Source: Fibrobacterales bacterium (GTDB lineage Bacteria; Fibrobacterota; Fibrobacteria; Fibrobacterales; JAOPTW01). Taken from it: a DNA stretch of 64,000 nucleotides. A model generated the notes under the pieces. That model had not been told where the DNA came from, did no database searches, and was given only the letters and a program-made list of their open reading frames with translations. The stretch spans positions 1 through 64,000 of the forward strand of contig JAOPTX010000036.1 in the NCBI GenBank assembly GCA_051532055.1, read 5' to 3'. Below, piece by piece: positions 56,276-64,000 of the stretch. Every line of letters begins with the position of its first letter. Within the stretch, counting starts at the first letter, position 1. Both the position numbers and the translations under genes were made by a program.

Positions 56276-56522
56276 ACCTCTGTAACGAAGAGTTCAGCTA
56301 TGACAACTTTGGAAAATGATCATTCACCGGTCGAGGGGACGATTAAGGGGGCAAAGTAAGCCAAAAGAGGGTTGAGAGCCCAAAACGAGCTAAAACTACT
56401 AAAACTAGTACAACGTGGGCTTATAATCAAACTCCTTTGTAAACTCTTATTTTAAAAGCAGTTACCGCAAATTTTGCTATTTTTGCGTACCTGTTTTAGC
56501 TTACGGGAATCAATTGGTTTTT

Positions 56523-57674
56523 ATGATACGATTTACAACTCTACTATTTACATTTATCACACTTTTTTTGGTTGGGTGTGCCTGGTCTCCTGGAATGAAG
56601 ATGGATGTCTCTCCAGATGAAGATGAACTCGAAGAGGAGCATGAAGTTGATGGTCATGTGGTGAACCTCAAAATTATTGGTCCACAACTTTTTGACAAAT
56701 ATCCAGAGCTGTCGAAGCTTTCAAGTGTCGCACCTCCAAAAAAACTGTTTAATCAGTTTACGCCAGAATATGTTTTGGGCAAGTATGATGCAGTACAAGT
56801 AATTGTATGGGATCAACCGGGACGTTCTCAAGCTATGGGGATGGGACTGAGTGATAACCCTACTGGTCAGGTGATTACTGAACGGGGCACTATGTATTAT
56901 CCGTATGCTGGTGAGATTAAAGCGGCCGGTCTAACAGTACCAGAGCTCCGTAGTTTGATTACTAAAAAGCTCAGCCACCTCTTACAAGATCCGCAGGTCG
57001 AAGTTCGGGTATTACAATACCGGAGTCAAAAGGTTTATGTCGGTGGCGCAGTAACGAATCCTGGAGCGGTACAGTTAACTGATACGCCACTCTCTATACC
57101 AGATGCTATTACTGCTGTAGACGGTGTCGAAAAAGATGCTGATGGGAGTAATGTGTATCTTAATCGTGATGGTACGATGTATCATATCAATATTATGGAA
57201 ATGTATCGCAGTGGTATGCCTCTAGAAAAACTTTTTCTAAAAGATGGCGATAAGATAAATGTTATGTCGAGTGAAGAGAATAAAGTCTACGTACTGGGAG
57301 CGGTTAATAGCCAGTCGGCGATACCTCTCTATCATGGCAACCTCTCTCTTTCTCAGGCACTGATGAATAGTGGTATTGATCAAAACAGAGCAAACACCGA
57401 ATCGGTCTATGTGATCCGGTCAGTAGGTGCGGGTAAAATAGATATGTACCATCTCAACGCTCAGAGTCCCATCGCGTTAGTAATGGGTGAAAATTTTAAA
57501 TTAAAACCACGGGATATAGTCTATGTTGATACCCATGGCTTAGTTCAGTGGAACAGTGTGATCAGCCTGTTGTTACCTACAGCAGCGTTTATCAGCACGG
57601 GAACGTCTTTTGGTCAGAATGTTAATGAAAATCTCTTTTTACTGCGCAATGCGATTGATAACGAGACGAAATAA
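56523..57674 (+). CDS. wza: Polysaccharide export lipoprotein Wza
   Basis: LVGC lipobox, PGM, YPYAG, DPQV, SLBB repeats, F.LKPRDIVYV, WNSVISLLLPT. Confidence 0.92.
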   Translation: MIRFTTLLFTFITLFLVGCAWSPGMKMDVSPDEDELEEEHEVDGHVVNLKIIGPQLFDKYPELSKLSSVAPPKKLFNQFTPEYVLGKYDAVQVIVWDQPGRSQAMGMGLSDNPTGQVITERGTMYYPYAGEIKAAGLTVPELRSLITKKLSHLLQDPQVEVRVLQYRSQKVYVGGAVTNPGAVQLTDTPLSIPDAITAVDGVEKDADGSNVYLNRDGTMYHINIMEMYRSGMPLEKLFLKDGDKINVMSSEENKVYVLGAVNSQSAIPLYHGNLSLSQALMNSGIDQNRANTESVYVIRSVGAGKIDMYHLNAQSPIALVMGENFKLKPRDIVYVDTHGLVQWNSVISLLLPTAAFISTGTSFGQNVNENLFLLRNAIDNETK

Positions 57675-58135
57675 TGTCAGATACAAAAGAGAAAGGAACA
57701 CTCCTCGTAACCTGTATTGGGAATATCTGTAGGAGCCCCATGGCGGCACTGTTGTTAAAGACAATGATGAAAAACAATTTTCATGTGGAGTCAGCAGGGA
57801 TTGCAGCGCTTGTTGGAGAGCAAGCACATGAATTTACACGAATACTCGCTCAGAAAAATGGACTCTCACTTGAGGGGCATAGAGCGCGTCAATTAACCGA
57901 AGAAATGGCACAACAGAGCGACCTGATTTTTGCCATGACACAAGAAGATGTAACAACCATTGAGAAGATGTACCCCTTTGCAAAAGGGAGAGTTTACTCG
58001 ATTGGTGAGTGGGGAGAGGGTGATGTTGAAGATCCCTATGGCAAAGCCATAGAAGACTTTGATGCTGCATTTGTCAAAGTTGAGCGATGTCTTGCTCAGT
58101 GGAAGCCTCGACTCAATAAGTTTGTAAAGGGGTGA
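57674..58135 (+). CDS. wzb: Low-molecular-weight protein tyrosine phosphatase Wzb
   Basis: CIGNICRSPMA, DPY. Confidence 0.93.
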   Translation: MSDTKEKGTLLVTCIGNICRSPMAALLLKTMMKNNFHVESAGIAALVGEQAHEFTRILAQKNGLSLEGHRARQLTEEMAQQSDLIFAMTQEDVTTIEKMYPFAKGRVYSIGEWGEGDVEDPYGKAIEDFDAAFVKVERCLAQWKPRLNKFVKG

Positions 58136-60453
58136 GAGGAATGAATGAAATGAAACAAGAGACACAGGGTAAAGAACCCTATAAACGTGAACTGCAACTG
58201 CAGGATATTATAAACCTTCTCCTATCAGGGTGGAAGATTATTCTTCTGTTTGCGGTGGTTTTTGGTGCATGGGGGGCTTTTACTGCATGGCGTGCAGTTC
58301 CTTATTACGAAGTAGATGCAAAGATCCTTTTTGGTGCGAAAGAAAAAGGAGTTCAGCAAGTTGTAGATGATTTTGGTGGTGATATTTTTAGTGAGTCACA
58401 AATAGCTGTTGAGATAGAGCTTCTTAAATCACGATCGGTTATAAGTCAAACGGTTGAAAACCTTGGCCTCGACCTTCAGGTTATTCCCAATTATTACTCG
58501 GTTATTGGTGAGCCTATGGCTCGGAGAAAAAAGTATCAGCGTACCGTTGAAGAACCTTTTTTAGGCCTTGAAGAGTATGCATGGGGTGGAGAACGTGTTG
58601 TCGTAGACTCTTTTAATATTCCTAAAGCGTTACGAGGTGTTGCGTTTATATTAGAAAAAAAGAAAGATGATCAGTATTTTCTTAAAACACCTCAGGGTAA
58701 AATAATTGGGCAGGGTAAAGTAGGTGAGCCACTTACGATCACCTACTCTGCCAACGCTATATCCTTATCAATTTCGACTTTTAATGCGCGACCTAAAACA
58801 AAGTTTTTCCTCATTCGACATTCGCCTTCTTCTTTAGCGGGCGCTATCCATTCAAAGATTCGTACGAGAGAAAGTTCAAAGGGTGTATTGACAGTGAGTT
58901 ATGTTGATGCGGACCCGCTTAATGGGGCAAGAGTGCTCAATGAAATTGTCCGTCTGTATATGGTACATAATTTTCAACGTCAAACGGATGAGGTTGGGAA
59001 TACTCTTACCTTTTTAAATGAACAACTTCCCGCTCTTCGTGACAATGTTGAAGAGTCAGAAAAGAAGCTCAACTGGTTTAAATATAAAATTAACTCCATT
59101 GACCTTGACCGAGAAACCTCACTGCGCCTTGGAAGAATTGATGCGTTGCGTAGCGATGTTGAGAAGGTTGAAGTAGAAATACAAGAGTTACTTCAGCATT
59201 ACAAAAAATCACACCCTACGATTAAATCACTTGAAGATAAGCATACTGAATTGACCAGACAGCTCGCAGATGCAAATACGAGTGCCAAAAAAATTCCACG
59301 GGCGCAGCAAACCCTGCAAAAGCTCCAGAGGGATGTTGAGATAAATAATAAGCTCTATATTGAAATGCTCAATAAGTTTCAACAGCTCCAGGTAGTTAAA
59401 GCAGGTCAAAAGGGTAATGTTTCTATTGTTGATGTAGCTGTGCCAGCTCGCTCTCCCAAAGGTCCTCAAAGGCTAAAGATGGTTGTCGTTAAGATTTTCA
59501 TGGGTGTTTTTCTAGGCCTGGCTATTGCGGTAGTACGCAGACTTTGGGGGAGAGGTGTTGATGATATCGATTACCTTGAAGCAAAACTCGGTATTAAAAA
59601 TTTGGCTCTTATTCCTCATAGTGATGAACAGGATGAGGTTGAGAATGCGGTATTTCAGAATGGAGTACCCTTATTGGTAGTACAGAGGGAAAATGATATC
59701 GCGGTAGAGAGCTTGCGTAGTCTTAGGACCAATATTCATTTTAACCGTACTGACGATAGCTCTAAAGTGTTGATGATTGTAGGGCCGAGCCCTGGCATTG
59801 GGAAATCCTTTGTGACCGCAAACTTAGCGGCAAGTATCGCTCAGTCTGGCTTTAGCGTGCTCCTCGTTGATGGTGATATGCGTAAAGGGCATCTCCATGC
59901 GAGTTTCGGAGGTGAACGTGATGGAGGACTTGCAGAGATTCTCGCTGCCACAGCGACTATTGATGATGTAATGCGTCAGACTGAGCAAGAGTGCCTCTCG
60001 TTTATTTCAACGGGTGCAATACCACGCCAGCCTGCAGAACTTTTAATGAATCGCCGGTTTGAAAAGTTTCTTTCTGAAGTCAAAACACGGTTCGATTATG
60101 TTATTTTTGACGCGCCTCCAATTCTGGCTGTAACTGATGCGGGAATTATTGGGAAACAGGTCGATATGACTATCTTTTTGGTACGTCATGAACAACACTC
60201 TATGAAAGAGATAGAGGCGGCAAAGCGCCAACTCGATCACGCGGGTGTTGCAATTACTGGATTAGTGGTGAATGATATTCACTATAAACAGAGTGGCCGT
60301 AAAATGAAAAATGAAAATGGCTATGTCCTGTACCAATACGGTGCGGGTGAAGTTGAGGGAAAGAAAAAGAAGAAGAAAATTAAAAAAGTGAAGCCAAAAC
60401 CTATAGTTACTGCGGACGCGTCAAAAGATGAGGAAGATGATTTACTGTTGTAA
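58132..60453 (+). CDS. wzc: Polysaccharide copolymerase tyrosine kinase Wzc
   Basis: EIELLKSR, ESLRSLRT, GPSPGIGKS, VDGDMRKG, FDAPP, C-terminal tyrosines. Confidence 0.93.
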   Translation: MRGMNEMKQETQGKEPYKRELQLQDIINLLLSGWKIILLFAVVFGAWGAFTAWRAVPYYEVDAKILFGAKEKGVQQVVDDFGGDIFSESQIAVEIELLKSRSVISQTVENLGLDLQVIPNYYSVIGEPMARRKKYQRTVEEPFLGLEEYAWGGERVVVDSFNIPKALRGVAFILEKKKDDQYFLKTPQGKIIGQGKVGEPLTITYSANAISLSISTFNARPKTKFFLIRHSPSSLAGAIHSKIRTRESSKGVLTVSYVDADPLNGARVLNEIVRLYMVHNFQRQTDEVGNTLTFLNEQLPALRDNVEESEKKLNWFKYKINSIDLDRETSLRLGRIDALRSDVEKVEVEIQELLQHYKKSHPTIKSLEDKHTELTRQLADANTSAKKIPRAQQTLQKLQRDVEINNKLYIEMLNKFQQLQVVKAGQKGNVSIVDVAVPARSPKGPQRLKMVVVKIFMGVFLGLAIAVVRRLWGRGVDDIDYLEAKLGIKNLALIPHSDEQDEVENAVFQNGVPLLVVQRENDIAVESLRSLRTNIHFNRTDDSSKVLMIVGPSPGIGKSFVTANLAASIAQSGFSVLLVDGDMRKGHLHASFGGERDGGLAEILAATATIDDVMRQTEQECLSFISTGAIPRQPAELLMNRRFEKFLSEVKTRFDYVIFDAPPILAVTDAGIIGKQVDMTIFLVRHEQHSMKEIEAAKRQLDHAGVAITGLVVNDIHYKQSGRKMKNENGYVLYQYGAGEVEGKKKKKKIKKVKPKPIVTADASKDEEDDLLL

Positions 60454-60476
60454 ACAACAGGTGATTAACTAAAATT

Positions 60477-61910
60477 ATGAGTGGTATAAATAATAACATC
60501 GCCTGGTCAATTCTTCCGCAAGTGCTCAATTTCGGTTTTTCCTTTGTGTTTACCGCAATACTTGCGCGGCTCATTTTGCCGGGTGAGTACGGGGTATATA
60601 ACCAAGTACAGACAGTCAGTGCTTTTTTTCTCATCTTTGCTGATGGGGGGCTCGTCTGGTCAATTGTTCGCGATAAATTCATTAAAAATAAAGAGGTTGT
60701 TAATCTTTTCTGGGTAAATACCTTTGGTGGAATAGTCCTCACTATTGCGTGTATTCTTATGGCGCCAGTTGTCGCGTCATTTTATGGCAATCCGGAACTC
60801 CTTAATCTTATGCGTCTAGAGGGATTTATATTTCTCCTTACAGGCATGACGGTTCCTGCAACAATGTGGATGAAGCGAACTCTTGCCTTTAAAAAGATAG
60901 CGGTCATAAATATAGCAGGTGCTATCATTGGCGGTTCAGTTGGTGTAGGCTGTGCATGGTCTGGGTATGGATATTGGTCTCTTGCGATTATGACCCTCGC
61001 AAAAGGCTCATTCACTTTAATAATATCGTTTCTCTGGTCCGGTGTACCCAAAGGGTGGTACTCTCTTAAAACACCGATTGGGCCGATGCTTTCTCTGGGT
61101 GGGAATCTTCTTGGCTTTGGATTTGTAAATTACTTTTCTCGCAATCTTGATAATGTTCTCATCGGAAAATTTATCGGAAGTGAAGCATTGGCTTTTTATG
61201 CAAAAGCTTATTTTTTAATGTTTCTTCCTAATATGCTCATTACCGGTGGGCTTCATGGACTCATGGTCTCGGCAATGGCAAGAGAACAAGATAATTCTAT
61301 AAACTTTCAAAAACTCTATAGTCGTACTCTTCGCTTGGTGAGTGTAATCTGTATTCCGGTGACGGCCTACTTTTTTCTGTACCCGAGTGACCCGGTGCTT
61401 CTTTTGTATGGATCAAACTGGGAGGCAAGTGGTGATATTCTCAGGCTCCTCGCTATTGCGTGTGTGACCCAGCCACTCTATAACTCGCTTGGATGGATTC
61501 TTACGGCCAAAGGCCAAGGCAAAGCATTTCTTAAGTGGGGAATATTCTCAGCGACCATGCTTGCTATAGGTTTTACTGTTGGTATTCAATGGGGGGTCAA
61601 TGGTGTCGCTCTCAGTTACTCTCTCGTGATGGGAGTTGGTCTGTTGGTTATCGGTTCATGGTTCGTCCACCGTCTCAATAATATGTCATTAGCAGTGAGC
61701 TACAAAGGGGTAATCCCTGTAGTATCTGCGGGGGTGATTTCTGCGGTGCTCACCTATGGAATAATTTCAGCACTCCCCATGCCACAAAATTTACACCTTT
61801 CAATACTTATTAAAGGGTCACTCCTTATGGTGTTGTATGGTGCCACTATGATGCTCTTTTATAAAGGTAATATCCGTCAATTATTTGATATTGAGGGAAA
61901 ACACGAGTGA
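60477..61910 (+). CDS. wzx: Wzx/WzxC-like flippase
   Basis: LARLILPGEYG, DGGL, SRNLDNVLIGK, multiple TM segments. Confidence 0.85.
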   Translation: MSGINNNIAWSILPQVLNFGFSFVFTAILARLILPGEYGVYNQVQTVSAFFLIFADGGLVWSIVRDKFIKNKEVVNLFWVNTFGGIVLTIACILMAPVVASFYGNPELLNLMRLEGFIFLLTGMTVPATMWMKRTLAFKKIAVINIAGAIIGGSVGVGCAWSGYGYWSLAIMTLAKGSFTLIISFLWSGVPKGWYSLKTPIGPMLSLGGNLLGFGFVNYFSRNLDNVLIGKFIGSEALAFYAKAYFLMFLPNMLITGGLHGLMVSAMAREQDNSINFQKLYSRTLRLVSVICIPVTAYFFLYPSDPVLLLYGSNWEASGDILRLLAIACVTQPLYNSLGWILTAKGQGKAFLKWGIFSATMLAIGFTVGIQWGVNGVALSYSLVMGVGLLVIGSWFVHRLNNMSLAVSYKGVIPVVSAGVISAVLTYGIISALPMPQNLHLSILIKGSLLMVLYGATMMLFYKGNIRQLFDIEGKHE

Positions 61911-63052
61911 ATATCTTAATGGTCTGTAATGAGTTTCCCCCCATGGAATGTGGTGGAATAGGCATTTTCGTTAAAGAGCTGTCTGAACTCATGGTAAAAG
62001 AAGGTCATACAGTTCATGTAGTGGGTCTGTATGCCATTGAACGGACTATTGAAGAGACCATTAACGGGGTTCATGTCTATCGGCTTAAAAAAATGAAAGG
62101 CCTTTTTGGAGTACTCTGTAATCGAGTACTGCTCTTTAAAAAAATTAAAGCATTAGTGAGTATGGGTGTGGACTTGGTGGAAGTCCCCGATTTTGAAGGG
62201 CTCGCTGCCTGGTGGCCTCAGCTGAATGCTCCGGTAACTATTCGTATTCATGGCAGTAGTTCATATTTTGCAAATGAGATGGGCCGTACTCCATCTAAAA
62301 TTATTAAATACCTTGAACGTAAAGCCCTTGAACGTGCTGATAATTTGGTAGCGGTATCTGAATACGCGGGCCTGCAAACGAATTTAGTTTTTGAGACAAG
62401 TAAACCGTATCAAGTTGTCTATAATGCAGTGGATATGCCCATGCATGACCTACGAAAACAAGACTACAGCGCAACAGCAAAAGTGGTTTATGTGGGAACA
62501 ACGATTAGTCGTAAAGGTATCTATGCCCTTGCCCGCACCTGGCCAAAAGTAAAAGAGCAATTCCCTGCAGCAGAGCTGTATGTCGTAGGCAAAATGGTGA
62601 CCGAACAAGGTGAGCCCGTCTCCACTCACGTGAAACGCCTCGCAGGTGATTACGGGAATTCAATCCAGTTTACTGGATTTGTCTCTAAAGAAGAAGTACA
62701 AAAGCATTTTATCAATTGTGATGTTGCAGTCTTCCCCTCATACTCTGAAACCTTTGGGCTTGCAGCTCTAGAAGCGATGAGCTTAGGGGTTCCGGTTATT
62801 TACACGACACGCTCATGTGGCCCAGAAGTGGTAGGTAAAGGGAGTGGGGTTGTTCTCAGAGACCCGGATGATTCAGATGGACTGGCCGACTCAATTGTCA
62901 CCTTTCTAGAGTCAGAGGAAGCGCGATGTAAAGCGGGTGTTAATAATTGTACTTCTGTCGGTGAACGGTACGATCCACATGAAATTTTCAAAAAAAATAG
63001 TATGTTTTGGGCCAAGACCATAATTCAATGGAAAAAGACAAGAGGGAAATAG
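61907..63052 (+). CDS. GT4 glycosyltransferase
   Basis: NEFPP..GGIG, RKG, PSYSETFGLAALEAM. Confidence 0.92.
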   Translation: MNILMVCNEFPPMECGGIGIFVKELSELMVKEGHTVHVVGLYAIERTIEETINGVHVYRLKKMKGLFGVLCNRVLLFKKIKALVSMGVDLVEVPDFEGLAAWWPQLNAPVTIRIHGSSSYFANEMGRTPSKIIKYLERKALERADNLVAVSEYAGLQTNLVFETSKPYQVVYNAVDMPMHDLRKQDYSATAKVVYVGTTISRKGIYALARTWPKVKEQFPAAELYVVGKMVTEQGEPVSTHVKRLAGDYGNSIQFTGFVSKEEVQKHFINCDVAVFPSYSETFGLAALEAMSLGVPVIYTTRSCGPEVVGKGSGVVLRDPDDSDGLADSIVTFLESEEARCKAGVNNCTSVGERYDPHEIFKKNSMFWAKTIIQWKKTRGK

Positions 63053-63057
63053 TACCA

Positions 63058-64000
63058 GTGAAAAAAGTTTTGATAGTGACACCATTTTTTGCTCCACAAA
63101 ACCATGCCTCTGTCTTTCGAGCTTACAAACTTGCAAAATATCTCCCACAGTATGGCTATAAGCCCTATGTTCTCACCGTTGATAAAAATTATATGTATTG
63201 GGAGAATCAACGACTCATTCAAGACCTCCCTCCCGAAGTAGAAATTTGCACTGCAAAATATATTGAGCCAACAGTAAGAGGCCTCCGTATGATGCTTGGT
63301 GGGGCTGATAGAAGCTTTTCATCTATACAGCTTCAAGAGAAATTACAACCGCAACAAAGTTCTATAGTTCAAGGTACTCAAAAGAAACGTAAGAGAAAGC
63401 CAGGATTGGGTAGAAGACTCTATCAATGGATGATTGAAAATGTCAGCGATCTTCCAGATTGGTATTGGCTTTGGGCAGGGGCTGCAAAGAAAAAAGCGGT
63501 AGCACTCGTAAAAGAGCATGATATTGATCTTGTGTATACGACCTGTGTACCCTACTCAAATTTGAGAATTGGGCGTCATGTTCAGGAAGAGACGGGGATC
63601 CCTTGGTGTTCTGACTTTAGAGACCCCTGTGGTTATGGGATTAAACACGCTTCAGATCGTTGGCATCAGAAAATGATAGAACAACATCTCATGAAAATGA
63701 CAATGGAAAATGCAGACCATATAACCGGGCTTGCGGCAAGTTACAGTTCGGTGTTTTATGATATGTATGGAATGGATGACACCCGATTTACCTTTATTCC
63801 AACGGGTGCGGACGACGCCTATATCACAGAAGCAGAAAAAGCAGAAGCGCCAGAAGGGTATGGTACAGTAAAAACCCTTCTCTTTATTGGTGAGTTTCAA
63901 GCATACTACAATCGATACTTTTTCGAGCTCCTTAATGAGGCAATTGAACAGGGTTCAATTGATCATCAATGGAGGCTCCTCTTTGTGGGTCATCATGAGG
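63058..64000 (+). CDS. GT4-like glycosyltransferase (partial; runs off the right edge)
   Basis: GTG start MKKVLIVTPFFAP...RAYKLAKYLPQYG...YTTCVPYS...PWCSDFRDP...IPTG; open to the end of the window. Confidence 0.8.
   Translation, partial: MKKVLIVTPFFAPQNHASVFRAYKLAKYLPQYGYKPYVLTVDKNYMYWENQRLIQDLPPEVEICTAKYIEPTVRGLRMMLGGADRSFSSIQLQEKLQPQQSSIVQGTQKKRKRKPGLGRRLYQWMIENVSDLPDWYWLWAGAAKKKAVALVKEHDIDLVYTTCVPYSNLRIGRHVQEETGIPWCSDFRDPCGYGIKHASDRWHQKMIEQHLMKMTMENADHITGLAASYSSVFYDMYGMDDTRFTFIPTGADDAYITEAEKAEAPEGYGTVKTLLFIGEFQAYYNRYFFELLNEAIEQGSIDHQWRLLFVGHHE

Noticed and set aside
56389..56408. Short repeat CTAAAACTA x2 upstream of wza
   Set aside because: Low complexity; no ops/JUMPstart motif recognised.
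1..64000. CRISPR arrays, tRNA/rRNA genes, transposases, recombinases
   Set aside because: None recognised; repeats are limited to flagellin paralogy and the short elements listed.

Overview
Bacterial chromosomal window, tentatively Fibrobacterota (inferred from a TIGR02147-like gene followed by lipoproteins). (1) 1-9.75 kb: minus-strand tandem array of at least 8 flagellin genes, called fla1-fla8 left to right here. Each has its own sigma28-type promoter and two CsrA-type ANGGA hairpins in the leader. fla5 carries an HExxH/EGxAE gluzincin metallopeptidase insert (flagellinolysin-like). The spacers hold short hairpin+terminator elements that are antisense to the leaders, start codons or 3' ends of specific flagellin paralogs. 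This suggests an RNA-RNA cross-regulation network within the array, and is the most novel signal here. A G9 tract lies in the fla1 promoter spacer. (2) 9.9-24.8 kb: housekeeping genes (tsaD, YbbR-like, ftsX, envC-like, holB, recJ, argH, accD, folC) and two coupled membrane class III cyclases with complementary catalytic defects. (3) 25-50 kb: pseudaminic-acid-type glycosylation island (pseB, pseC, cytidylyltransferases, pseI-like, methyltransferases, TPP enzyme, SDR, ATP-grasp, GH57-like, radical SAM, multi-domain glycosyltransferase, glf), with no recognisable pseG/pseH. (4) 50-56 kb: TIGR02147-like gene, two lipoproteins sharing a C-terminal domain, and a hydrolase. (5) 56.5-64 kb: wza-wzb-wzc-wzx polysaccharide locus running off the right edge. 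All calls come from reading motifs by eye; no searches were run.
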